Of a stretch of 64,000 nt of DNA, positions 14,049-26,857 are shown in pieces. Numbering within the stretch: position 1 is the first letter of the stretch; each line of letters begins with the position of its first letter. The translations under genes and the position numbers were made by a program. Under the pieces are notes generated by a model, which was not told the origin of the DNA, did not search any database, and was given only the letters and a program-made list of their open reading frames with translations. The DNA is from Utricularia gibba. Its lineage: Eukaryota > Plantae > Magnoliophyta. Where the stretch lies: assembly GCA_002189035.1 (NCBI GenBank), contig NEEC01000002.1:744001-808000 (forward strand), in the 5' to 3' direction.

Positions 14049-17000
14049 TTACTGTGAGCCCTCCTTCCAGGGATCATCGTCTGTTATCACCTCTGAAGGC
14101 TCGATGACCTGCGTCTCAGAATCACCGGTGGAGGCATCTGCAGCTTCATCCTCATTCTCTAGTCTTCCCCAGCGGCCACCGAGGGCCATGGCCATCATTT
14201 CGTAAATCTTGTTGCCGAGCTCTGCTGGGCTATCTGGCTGTGAAAAGTAGGAGATGCTTTTTGAGTTTAAGAGACTTCTGATCAAGTCTTAGTCCATGGA
14301 AAATGGTAACTTACTGTAAATCCACTGGATATCAAAGCTGTATCGTACAGAAGGTCCACTGCTCGTTTTGCGTCTGAGCTTTCGGGTTCATTCTTGCATG
14401 CAGCCTGCAGATGTAAGAACAGAGAGAAGCTGATCAGGCTGGTTAAAGGAAGAAGATTTGAAACCAGTATACTGCTTTAGGATCAAATTGGGTTGATTAA
14501 CTACGGCTAAGACTGCATGAATGAAGCACTGCAGTATTGTACCATTAGATCCTTGACAATAGGATGATCCGGATTGATCTCCAAAATTCTCCTACCCCGC
14601 ATGAATTCCAGACTTGAAGTGTCTCCTAGTGTCTGTGCTCGCATCAGTCTATAGAGGATAGCAAAGTGACCATCAGCATCACGTAATTTATCAGCAGGTT
14701 AGATCCGTACTAGTAAAACTGTGCGTATGCATAATGTAAGTTACCTTTCCATGTTTGCAGACCAACCAAACTTGCCAGACACAAGCACGCATGGTGATGA
14801 GCTAAGCCGTTTCGATACTTGCACCTTTGCAACCTTATCACCAAGCTGCTGTTTTATCCAGTCACACAGAAGGTTGAACTCTTGCTTGGTTTCTCTTTCA
14901 CTAACCTCATCAGCCTCACCTGTCATCATTACAGCACAAGCGATGGATCAGAGCTACAACATCTTGACAGAGGCAAAAAAAGCAATTTTGTATGTGCAAA
15001 TGACAGAGCATTAGCTGATACAAACCAAGCTCGAGGTCCTCCTTGCTAATATCAACAAACTTCTTTTCTTTGTAAGTTTGCAGGTTCTGGATAGCAACTT
15101 CGTCAATTGGCTCGATCAGGTAAAGCACCTGGAGAACAATTGAAATTATACTCAAGTTCCAAACACAGGAAATAAATCTTCAAATTTTTAAAAAAATGCA
15201 TTGAAACCCGATGATGTAGACAACCTCAATACCCTTCTGGACCAACTTTTCTAAGAAAGGTGCCGACTTGGCACTCTTCAAGCTGTCAGTCGCCAAGTAA
15301 TAGATTGCTTTCTGGTTCTCAACCATGTTCTCTACGTAATCATCCAAGCTTATCAGCTCTTCTTCACTCTTGGAAGAGAAAAATCTCAGCAATGGTGTAA
15401 TTTTCTTGTGATTTCCAGTATCCTCAATGCATCCCAGCTTCAGAAACTTCCCAAAATTTTCCCAGAATTTTTTATAATCCTGCTAAGTTATCGTCATGTT
15501 AAAGTACCCTTCTTTGTAGCATAAGGGGACTACAGAATTCGATCATCTACCTCTTTGTTCTCGCTTTCTGAAAGATCTTGAATCATATCAAATGTCTTTC
15601 GTACCAATCTCTTTCTCATTATCCTTACCTGGATCCGTGGAATCGAATAAGCTACAGGGGATCATGAAGAACGAAGTAAAACAAGAGGAAGAAAGGGGAT
15701 CATACAATCCGGCTCTCTTGTAGGATCTCCCTTGAAACATTAAGGGGAAGATCATCGGAATCCACCACTCCCTTAACAAACCTCAAGTATCTTGGAAACT
15801 AAAAGCCAGCCAAAATAAAAATAAAAAATTAAATAAGAGAGGCATTCAGGAATAAAGATACAGAAGTACAAAAGTAGTGTCCCCTACCAATTCCCCATCA
15901 AAGTCATCAGAAATGAACACTCTCTTGACATATAACCGAATATTTTTTGTCTTGGGGTTGATAACCTCCTCATTATTGAGAGGTGCCATGCCAGGAACGT
16001 AAAGTACACTCCTAAATTCAACCTCACCCTGCAAAGGTTCGGGAATTACCAATACAGATCACAGTAGACAATGGTACACAGATCCAATGAAAAGTACCTC
16101 AGTAGTGAAATGGGTGTGTGTGAGTGGATCGAGGAATTCATTGAAGGCCTTCTTGTAGAACTCCTGATACTCTTCCTTTTCAACTTCCTTGGGATTTCGC
16201 ATCTGCATATGCAGAACATAATGGAAACATATTGAAGCAACCCCAGATAGCATATCTTGATTATGAAAATATAGATACAATCAACTTACCCATATAGGTT
16301 TTGTTTCATTTGCCAGCTCCCAGTCCCAATATTTTTCAGTCTTGGTCTTCTTAGTCTTCTTCCTCTCTTCCTGGAGTATTGGGAAGAGACAAGAACCCCC
16401 ACTAAGATGTCCATCACATAGGAAGATTCTTTTTCAACGAGTATTACCTCTGGCTTTTCTTTGTCTTCTCCTTCTTTGGGCACCTCTTCTTCTTCTACCT
16501 GCATGTTGTTTTTTTTTTAAATAAAACATTCAAATACTCGCAAAATATTTAATAGTTCCACAGGTTTTCTGATTTCGAACCTCAATGGTTCTTGATTTCT
16601 CTTGCCATGTGTAGATGGGAAACGAAACAAACTGTGAGTAGTTCTTCACTAAGCTTTGGATCTTTGCAGGCTCAGAGTATTCATATTTGTCATCTTCCTG
16701 AATAGAACAAGGTTAAAACATACGTCAATTAACTTCGTCAACAAACAAATCCAATGCAAAGTGAAAACTCTGAAAGAGCGGGGATAAACAAAAAATACCC
16801 TTAAATAAAGTGTGATTTGGGTTCCACGACCAAAAATTTTCTCTGGATCAGTCTCCTCCCTGATTGAATATGAGCTACTATCAGCGGCTGCTTCCCAGAC
16901 AAACTGTTTGTCAGACCTCGGGCTTTTCGTAGCCACAACTACCTGGTCAACAGGAAAATGAAAATCAGCATATCAAATATAAGAATCGCACTAAAAAAAA

Positions 17001-18178
17001 TTGCAGATGAAAATACCTTATCAGAGACCAGAAAGGCAGAGTAAAAACCAACACCAAATTGACCAATCAAGCTATTGTCTGCACCAAGGTCCTTATTCTC
17101 CTGCATACAAGTAAAATTTCAATAACCGTAGATTCTTAAAAGTGGCTAAGATATTTCAATAGACACTAACACAGGATATACCTTTAATGCCTTGACAAAT
17201 CTAGAGGTGCCACTCTGAGCAATGGTTCCAAGGCAATCGATAAGCTCCTCTTTCGTCATTCCAATACCAGTATCTCTGTGTGTGAATAACAAGAGTCAGA
17301 AACGACCTTATTTGAATGATGTAGAAGGCCATCAGAACTACACATACATAATAGTAATGGTTCCCTTCTCGGGGTCAGGCTTGATACGTATCTCAAGCTC
17401 ACCGCCATCTCCAAGAAGTGATGGCTCCGTCACACTTAAAAACCTCAACTTATCAAGCGCATCACTTGCATTACTGAAAAAAAAAAAAGACAACGATTAG
17501 TATACTATGAAAAAAAAATCCAACCTTGTGGATTGTAAAAATACATAATGCATGTTCGGTTGACTCTTCTTTGGAGTTTTATTTGACAGAATAAGATAAC
17601 ACATCATCAGCCAAGATACAAATGGGATACGGAAAATATATTACCTAACGAGCTCGCGGAGAAACACTTCCTTGTGGCTGTATAGACTGTGGACTATCAA
17701 ATCCATCAGGCGACTCACCTAAGAGCAACTAAATTGTAAATTCAAGCACACCAAACGATCAAAACAGAAAAAAAAAAGGAAAAAGCTCCCGGAATTACGG
17801 ACCAAAGTGCCATCTTGAATATATTCGCTTTCTCTACTCAAGAAGCATGCAAATGTATCTCCATCAAAAAAATATCCAACCGCGAAAATGAAATCGCACC
17901 TCAGCCTGGTACTCATACTGTTCTCCAGAAATCTCAGGAGCTTCTTTTTCTGTCACTGAAGCAGCCTCGCAGCGCAACATCACTCCCCTATGTCTCCTCT
18001 CCATCTTCCATTGCATTGAACTTCTTAAAAGACAATTCTTGAATCCATTCCTAGGCAACAGAGCACTCCTCAATGACACCCTGCTGCTTATCCCTCTTGG
18101 ACGTGTAGAAAATGAGGCAGGGTATGGAATTGCTGCCGGTGGAGCGGAGGCGAAACTTCTGCTTAACACCGGGGCCAT
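14049..18178 (-). CDS. HSP90-5: Chloroplast HSP90 (HSP90-5/CR88), multi-exon
   Basis: Transit peptide [13 protein letters not shown]..., [95 protein letters not shown], and C-terminus DDPWKEGSQ. Confidence 0.97.
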
Positions 18179-18684
18179 ATTTTCAACTCAGAGAAAAACC
18201 CAGATGGGATTTTTACCACCGATACATACACTAGTTGAAAGTATCTTGCTTTCTGCAAGGCAACGCAAAGGGATATCCGGAGAGATAGGGCTCCGCCTGC
18301 CACCAAACCCTGATGCGCAAGGCGGGGGTTTAACCGCGATCGGAGCATTCTAGAATAACACGAAAATGGCTGTGAGAGGTTCAGTAATCACTCCTGTAAA
18401 ACAAAAAAAAGAAAACGGATGGCAAGAAAGCCGTCGTTTCCGCCATAGCAACGATATCCGTATCATTTTGGAACCCTTTTTTGCCCTAATATTTTCAGAA
18501 TTAATATCGTTTGCCTACTTTATTTTATAATATTTTTACTCAATCTTTCGTGCTTAATATTTATATGAGTACATATTTATATAAAAAAAATTATTTTTAG
18601 AATAAAATATAATATTGTATCACACCATTTATTTCTATATAAAATGTATTCTAACAAAGAGTAAACCAGCCATATTTTGCTCAT

Positions 18685-18756
18685 TGGGCCTAATTGAAGG
18701 GCTGGACCAATACATTGGCCTTGTAATTGGGCCGATAGGTGTTCTCTAAGGGCCCA
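18685..18756. promoter_or_regulatory. Cluster of site II (TGGGCC/GGCCCA) motifs in the divergent HSP90-5/BIM2 promoter
   Basis: TGGGCC at 18685 and 18728 and GGCCCA at 18751. A TTCtaGAA heat-shock-element core also lies at 18348-18355. Confidence 0.5.
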
Positions 18757-18965
18757 AACCACCTCAGCGTTCTCCGTTTTAAATGAAATGGCAAATTCTG
18801 CAGTAACCATCGGCCACCGTTGAGAAGAAAGTTCTGCAGTTTTATGCTCTACTTGGTATGTCGGAAAGTCATTGCTTGGTGGCTGTGTAAATGAACGGCC
18901 TTTGTCTACTTTACGCGGGGTGAAAATATCCTATTTTGGGCAGAAATACAGAAGAAAGATAAGAA

Positions 18966-20823
18966 ATGAAAGCTGGGAAGAATCATCTTGAAGAGGACGA
19001 AGACGTGTATGAGGAATTTGGCGCGAATAACGATGCCTCACCATCAAAAAATACGAATCTTTCCAAAGGTTGGACCGCTTTTTGTGTTATTTTAGCTGTT
19101 TATGTGCTTCACCCATAGAATCTTGTACTCCGTGTGCGCACTTTTTTTTTTTTTGTGGGTTTTGGAATATGTCTGATTTTGAACCCTTTTGTTGTGATTT
19201 GGTGAAAGCCAATGGGAGGAGTGACAAGGCGAATGTTACAAGGTCGAAGCACTCGGTCACGGAGCAGAGACGGAGGAGCAAGATCAATGAAAGGTGATAA
19301 GTGTGGACAGAGCTAAATTATATGTTTCACTTCAGAATATGATGTCTTTTGAAGAAGGATGTTTGCTTAGGGTGATGGCTGAAGTAGGGGGAACGCTGAA
19401 ATCACAAGTACAAAGAAAAATTTGGAGCATTTTCATTTTTTAGGAATGTTTTTTAGTGCTTCCTCTTTTACCGAGAGCCTTTGGCGTGGTGTTGTTTTGT
19501 CAACAGTCAGTAACCAAGTTTTTGCATTGGACAAGTGATACAAGTGAAGGCATTCGTTTTCCTTCTGCCTCAGGTATCAAATACTGAGAGGCCTCATACC
19601 CCGAAGTGATCAGAAGAGGGACACTGCATCATTTTTGTTGGAGGTGCAATGCTAAACTACAAGTTGTCGCCATGTGTTGCTGTGAAGTTGTTTGATACAT
19701 TGTTTTGATGATGGTTCATTGATGTGGAAATGTTACTGGATCACTGGTGGATTCGTTGGTCTTCTCTGGTGGTTCTACGGAAAGAATGATGATGTAGAAT
19801 CCTTATTCCAGACTACTGAATTCATTGCAGGTGATCCATTATGTACAGTTTTTACAGGAGAAGGTTCAAACGTATGAAGGATCATATCAAACCTGGGGGT
19901 CAGAGCCCATAAAGCTGGTACCTTGGGTAAAAGATAAACTCTTCACACACGTTTTGAAAGTTGATAAATGAGTTTCTACCAGCTGAAATATTTATCCTGT
20001 TTCTTGCGAAAGAGAAACAGTCAGTGGCATGTACCAGGTTTTGTTGGGCAGCCACAGGTCTCCAGTCTTGGCTCGATTACACAGCATCGGAGACATGATG
20101 AAAATATTGCACTAAGTATGCAGCCATTTACCCAGAATCACAGTGAAGAAATGCGGTGTGGATCATTGGAGCCGGAAGCTCAGAATGCCAATGCAATGCA
20201 TTTACAAGCAGCCCCCATCACAACTGATGCTGCCTTTTCTCATATTATTCAAGGCCCTCCCGATGGAACGCCAGCAGAATGCCCTTCCAATGGGAATTCA
20301 CTGAACTGCCAAGATGAGCTGACGATTGAGGGTGGAACAATAAACATATCAAGTGTTTACTCAGAGAGGTGGGTTAGGGAGCTGTTCTATCAACTTATTC
20401 CAGTGGTTCAACAGATCTTTTGTGGAAACAAAGAACTACAAGGAATTAGAATGTAGCATTCATCTGAATTTTCATGGCACAGCTGTTCTATGATCATTTG
20501 AATTCCTCTCTTCAGGTTGTTGAATTCATTGGCTCAAGCCCTTCAGGCCACTGGTCTGGATCTCTCCCAAGCCACCATGTCAGTCCAGATTAATCTCAGG
20601 AAGCGAGCAGTTAGCAGTTCACTCCCCGGTGTAAGTGTTGGCATTTACTTTCAAAGTATGTGATACCGTGTCTCTAAAATCCCAGCATGGCTATGATGAT
20701 CGCCTTTGTGAAATTTACTAGGATCAAAATATACCTGTCATTCCTGGCAATCAAACAGTTGGGGATTTTCAAGAAGTTAGCAGCGAGGATTTCGACCATG
20801 TTCAGAAGAGACGGAAGACATGA
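18966..20823 (+). CDS. BIM2: bHLH transcription factor BIM2-like
   Basis: [13 protein letters not shown]..., b[72 protein letters not shown] and [21 protein letters not shown]. Stop TGA at 20821-20823. Confidence 0.93.
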
Positions 20824-20941
20824 AATAGTCCCAGACGCCCTGTTTAATCTAAAGGTTATTACTTTGGGCATATGATGCAAGAATGAACAGAACCTGTACC
20901 TGAGTTTGAATGGATTCATCACAGGTGCCACAGCTCTAGAT

Positions 20942-23900
20942 CTAAATTGTTCCCGAAACTTTCATTAGGAATGCATATTCGAGAGCCATTTCCTGACACT
21001 CCGCAAAACGGCCACCTTCACGGAAATGGCCTCCTTCTTTGCTAGTATGAAGTATGACCGATGAGCAGCTTGAACATGCAGTATCTCGTATCTTGGCTAC
21101 CCATTTTGCAGCCTCCCAAACTCCAACTCTGAGTATGATGGAGTAGCAGGCACATACAGAGAAAAAGATCAGCACGTAACTGAATCATAACCAATAGTTT
21201 GGCTATGAAATCGAGATGGAGTTAGTAAAGCATTACCGGGAATCATTAAACGCAGCTGACACCAGCATTGAAGGCAAGCAAGCTCCAGGAGGAATATTAT
21301 CATATGGAGAGTACTTGAGAATGTAATCAAAGAAGGCCTTTGTTTGAGGATTCCCGAACTCCTCGTAGTCCAAAATGGTAAGAGGCAGAGTTGGATCCAG
21401 CAAAGTGTTGAGAATATCGAGAAAAGGAACCTGCAAGGAAAATTCAGTGAAAACATGGGCAGAATCAGAACTGACAGCCATAAAAATGGCGTGTACCTTC
21501 AAAATGACAGAATTGAACAACTCTGGGCGCATGGTGACGGCTGCTCCAACAAGAAGAGACCCTGCGCTGATACCAACCGCAGCAAGATGATGTCTGTGGA
21601 TAAACCCCTCGTTGACCAAGTACTCACCACAGGCAATAAAATCATGTATGGAGTTTAACTTGCTGAGTCCACGACCAGAGCTATGCCAAGAAGGCTTGAT
21701 GCCAGCACCACCTCTGAACTCAGACAACAAAAGTTACTAATCTAATAACTAGTCCAAGTTCAGAAGGAGATATCGATGAATTCAAGTTTTGCAGATGCTT
21801 AGAATAGAAAATGATGTACCTCACATCAGCGAAAGCAAACATCCAACCTCGATCCAGCAAGCTTAAACGATTTGCACACCAACTTTTGTCCAAAGGTTCA
21901 CCATAAGCACCATATCCATGAAGAAGCCCGGGAGATTTTCCTTTCTTGTATGCCTTCCTTGAGAACAAAATTGTCAATGGGATTTTGAGACCATCATGGG
22001 AGAGTACCTCCTTTTCTTCACAGGCATAGCACTCGGAGCAGTCTTCCCACTGCCATGTTTTGGAGGAGTCTGTATGTATCTCCTTGTACGACATGGAAAT
22101 ATTTCTAACATCTTCCTGATGTACAATGGAGAATGTTTTTTTCAACATGTCGTAATCGACAAGGAGATCAGGCATCTGCATGAATATACAGAGGTATACT
22201 GAAAATCAGACCTTGCATCTAACGCTCTGGATAGCATGAATAAGAAGAAATCCTCCTAGACAAAAAGAGGGATGACCGGTTACTAACTTACAGAACTTTT
22301 AAGTGAGAACCCTTAGAACACGAAAGAAAAAGAAATATACCGCAGGAGATGAGAGGATGGCACGATATGTGGTGCTCAAAAAATCATGATTTGACCCTGG
22401 AGTGATGCTACACATTTTTGAGGGAATAGGAAAATACCAAGGCTCGAGATCTTCGATCTTCATTTCCTTCTCCAACAAAGACAAACAGAATGGCATAATA
22501 TTTGACAAAGTGCATTCAACTGGCATCATCATCAATTGATATCAATCTCTACTGAAACCCCAAATATTATACCTTGTCATTAGGAGGAATAGGCAAGCCT
22601 ATAGAGCATACTGCTGAGGAACCCCTTTAACTAGCCAAAGGACCAAATGCTCATTAAAAATGTCCATATCTTCGAACCAGTAATCTTCACCAGACATTAT
22701 GACACTCTAAAAATCACAAGGGCAGAAAGATGACGAAATTACATATTTATGAATTATATGCATTTACCTTCTAGGATATGAAGCTCAACAAACAAAGATC
22801 GGATATTTTGTTGTTCCAAACAAAGTTAAACCTAAGCCCACTATAGATAATGAAAAAAGGAACATGAAAGTACCTTTAAGTTCATCGAATCAATATCAGC
22901 ATCTCTACATCGTGCCAAATGGTAGCCACTAACTGAGGGTTTGTCATTATTACTTATAGGAGCATTAGTGAGGACATAAAAAGTGCTACCATGATGCTCC
23001 AGAAAGAATTGGACTCCGTCAGTGCGTTTACAGAACCTCTGTAAGCCAGCTTGTGGATGGGTTGCATTTATAACATGCACCTACACGACAGCAAAGAGAT
23101 CGATAAACCACATTGCCAAGATTTAGTTGCAAAGTCCTCATGGCTTCAAATATGCAACAAAATTGAGACAGTAAGTTCCTTCCTCAGATGATGTCCTTGA
23201 ATTCGAATTCACTGTTACAAACTTGCCATCTTTTGTACTTGAAATATCCACGCAGAAGCGAGAATCATTCTCAGTAATTACTACAGTATCATCCTTAGAA
23301 CCTAAGCCTAACGTAGTGCATAAGACCCTAATATGAAAAATATAATTGTTAGAAAAATGCAACACATCACAAGCGAACTTTCATATAAGATATACAGCTT
23401 ACCTGTAAGGCCGCTGGTTCCCATCACATAATGTATAGAACAGAGTATTGCTATCCTGAGCCCACGCCAAACTCATGACACCATCTACACTATGTTGAGG
23501 GAGAATAGCATCGCTCCGGATGTCCTTAACTTGAAGTTGAAAGTGTTCATGCCCCGTGGTGTCCAGTGTATAAGCAAGAAAATTGTGGTCAGGTGATATC
23601 CTACATGTTCCCACATGAACATATCCTACAAACCAATTTCCGTATTTCAAAACTTCAATCTTTTGATGGTGATTCCCTCAAATGAAACTTGATAGCAAAA
23701 AGATCTAACCTTTTTGTTCTGCTATCTCGTTCCAATCAAGCAAGATTTGGCCCCTCCATCCTCGGTAGGCATTGAACATATCCAATCCCAAAACGCCAGT
23801 TTCAAGTGCAGATTCTCTGCATAAAACAGGATACTCCTTCCCCTCTGGTATGTACTGGTAGTAAAACCTGTTGAAATATTTGTGAAGAAGAAACAATTAC

Positions 23901-24364
23901 AAGATTTTTTATCATTTTAAGAGATACAACAGAACCCCGGCGTCCTTCCCACAACTGCAAAAGTAATAACGCTGTGAAAGTACCGACCATGAGCCCCAAC
24001 GCTCAGGAGGGGTTGTGACCCGAGACGGCATTCTGGAGACCATCTCAGAGTAAAGTGTCTTCTGCATTTCCTCAGTGTCCCGCATGAAAGCATTGAAATA
24101 AACGTTTTCTTCGTCAATATAGCGTAGGAAATCAGGATCACTGACATCCCGCATCCAATGATAGGGATCCAGCCATGACACCCCATGGGCAGTGGTCGTA
24201 TGAGTTACCTTCTTGGCCACCGGCGGGCGGAGCACCGGCATGGTGAAAGGTAGTCGCTCAATTCTTTTGCAGAAAGTGGAGTAAAACACATGATAAGGCA
24301 GATGATGAAGCGCATTGGGCAGCATTCCTGTTGACTTCCTCGAAAGAACGAGGCGCGCCGCCAT
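20942..24364 (-). CDS. Oligopeptidase B / protease 2-like (prolyl oligopeptidase S9A), probably organelle-targeted; apparent 1-bp deletion at 22622-22625
   Basis: PPVAKKVTHTTTAHGVSWLDPYHWMRD, ISPDHNFLAYTLDTTG, LLHGYGAYGE, RLSLLDRGWMFAFADVRGG, catalytic region GISAGSLL, YDNIPPG and AFNDSR. Confidence 0.93.
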
Positions 24365-24647
24365 CTCCGCGGCGAGGGTGGGTACTCAAACTAAACTAGT
24401 AACCACTGGATTCACAATTGGAGCTTATCCCCCAAGTCTCTATTGATTCGAACGCAACCAAATTCACTCGCTCAAATATCTTCACGAACCCCAACTCCAT
24501 AAAATTCACTCGCACAAATTCTGCAGGGCTTGTTCTCGTGGAAGAAACAAAGAGAAGAAAATGGTGATGCTTTCTTTCCTCGAATTCACTTCGCAAAACG
24601 CTTCGGCCCAGCAAATACAAAAAATTAGGAAACAAAAAAAAACTCAA

Positions 24648-24720
24648 TGTTGCTGCCCAGGATCGAACTGGGGACCTTCAGTGTGTAAGACTGACGTGAT
24701 AACCACTACACCACAGCAAC
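24648..24720 (-). tRNA. tRNA-Val (anticodon TAC)
   Basis: GTTGCTG...CAGCAACA folds as a full cloverleaf: anticodon arm TCAGT-CTTACAC-ACTGA, T arm CCCAG-TTCGATC-CTGGG. CAA lies immediately upstream and an oligo-T terminator downstream. Confidence 0.98.
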
Positions 24721-24827
24721 TTGGTGATGATTACTTCTTGAACTAAAATGAAATTTACTCCTGCAATATTCCAGCTTAAAAACAACAGGCGCACAACCAT
24801 GGACTCGGGAGGGAAGGCTATCCACGT

Positions 24828-25260
24828 CCACAGGTTTTTATGTCGACGATGCATCGGAATCGGGACACCCCGTCGATCCAAATACCATACATTCGATCGT
24901 CTATCGGGGCCCAGTTCATCAACACCAGTCTCCAACTTGTCCTGAATCCACCCTGCTTGTTTCCACTCTGCATTCCAAAATCTGTTCCCACTACTTTTAC
25001 TTTTTCAAATTAATGACTAAAATTTCATTAAACATTCACATTACCTTATATACTTACTCATATCATTTTAATCTTAAGATATACAATTATTTTTTTGGTC
25101 TAATACTACTTGTTGGCTCCTTTTTCTAGCTCTTCCCCATCAAAACATGGGTCCCTGAGACACAATACTTTGATCAAGTCCTCAAGTGGGATTCGTCGTT
25201 TACCAAAAAAAAACATCAGCCGCAGCCGCAGCCGCGTATTCCCATCCATGACTGCCTTGA
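24828..25260 (-). pseudogene. Possible heavily decayed relic of a plant USP (UspA-like, MRH6-type) gene
   Basis: Fragments lie in the expected order but in different frames: LIKVLCLRDP..EELEKG (about 25115-25200), SWRLVLMNWA (W at 24934 to 24908) and RRHKNLW (24828-24848). They resemble family motifs MCQLKRPE..EGKEKG, TWRLLMMWA and KRHKNFWLLA. Confidence 0.35.
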
Positions 25261-25664
25261 GAAAAAAAAAGCACTTGATTTGCCTACCCAAGCTATGGGA
25301 TCAATGGAATTAATATTATATATATACATATCAAATATAAGTAATTAAGCATATCTTATAATAAATAAATACCATTTAGAAGCCATGGTTTAAACGGGAG
25401 TGAACAGTGAGGCAACAGTTGACCGACAAGACAACGGTTAAAACGTCACATTCCGTGTCCGAATCTGGTCCTCTTCTTTACAATTAAAATAATGAAAAAA
25501 AAATAATAACAATATGAATGTTTCTAGTAATAATAGAACGGTATCTCTGTCCAAATGATTATTTTTTTTTTAAAAAAGGATGGGTTCAATCGTTATAAAG
25601 ACTAGCTCTGGGAGCCACTGCTCGTGTCCCTCCGTCTTATCAGGAAGGCAACCTACTCAGGAAT

Positions 25665-26433
25665 ATGTCCATCCCGCTGGTTACTTCAAACCCCGATGGG
25701 GTCGTCGGAACGAGGACACTTCTCCGGCGAAAAGATTCTGAAGAAATTGCGGTTTTCGAGGCGGCGGCATACTTCGCCGGAGCATTCGAAAACCGCCGCC
25801 TCTCGGAAGACTGGTCACGCTGGGTCCCGGCCACCCGCACCACCCCGGATCTCCGGTACCCGGAAAAGAGCTCCACACATTTCGACGGCAAGCAGAAGGT
25901 CGTCGTTTGGCCCTAATTTTTTTTTCTTTTTTTACGATTATGATGTGATATAACTGTCTGTATATTACCAACTTGAACAATTGAAATATTTTTATTCAAC
26001 AGAAAGTCCACCACCCAAGCTCTCCAGGCGCCAGGTTCGCTAGGTTTTTGGGCTCCCTGTTCAGTCAAACGAAGGGCAAGCCAACGAAGCAACCGCGTTC
26101 CAGAAGAAGAAGCACGAGCTCTATCGTCTTCGAATCAAGATCCACGCCATGGGTTCCAAGCTCCGCCGCCACCCCGTTAAGCCTCCGAGTTTTCAGAAGC
26201 AGAAGCCTTTTCAATAACAGTCGGGAGCCGGGAAATGGAACCCCGAAGTCGCCGGGAAGGACAAGTTGGGATTCAGTGCGCCAAATGCCGCGAAAAGAAT
26301 CCACAACCACGAAGACGGGAGCCAGAACGGAAAGGGAAAGTTCCCCGATCGAGTCGACGACGACGATGGTTGCGATAGCGATTCCAGTTCGGATCTGTTT
26401 GACTTACCTCATCATAACCTAATGCTGAGGTAA
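25665..26433 (+). CDS. BIG GRAIN 1-like protein (E type); one intron 25899-26002; frame discontinuity at about 26218-26250
   Basis: RRKDSEEIAVFEAAAYFAG matches RRNDSGELDVFEAARYFSG. KVHHPSSPGARFARFLGSLFSQ matches KQPSSPGGRLASFLNSLF. C-terminal DDGCDSDSSSDLFDL is in a different frame. The 3' end is uncertain. Confidence 0.82.
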
Positions 26434-26818
26434 GCCCTAGCCATTCTAGGGCATCAACAGCCATTTTAGATGGCGGTTCTTGTAAACGGATACGCAAAAA
26501 TGATTAGTTTTGTTATCAAATCTTAACAAAAGTTTAGAAATATTTTTTATTTTAACAAGCAATAGAAGCTCATTTTATTACAAAAACTTATTAAAAATCA
26601 TTTTTGATAAATATAATACTAAATAAATAATAACCACTCTAATAATAATTTATTCCAAATAGCAAATAATTAGGTGGCAACATTTGAGCATGTGTTCCCA
26701 TTAAACAAAAAAAAGAATTGTAAATATTATAAGAATTTTTTTAATGTAGAAAAATAGTGAAAGAAAAAAACAAAAAAGGATAACTGACAAAACTTGACGT
26801 ATTTCTTTAAAAATTTGC

Positions 26819-26822
<4 letters not shown>

Positions 26823-26852
<30 letters not shown>
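26823..26852. repeat. (TA)15 microsatellite
   Basis: Direct reading. Confidence 0.95.

Positions 26853-26857
<5 letters not shown>

Noticed and set aside
25624-26497. Several overlapping ORFs on both strands
   Set aside because: Shadow frames of the GC-rich BG1-like gene.
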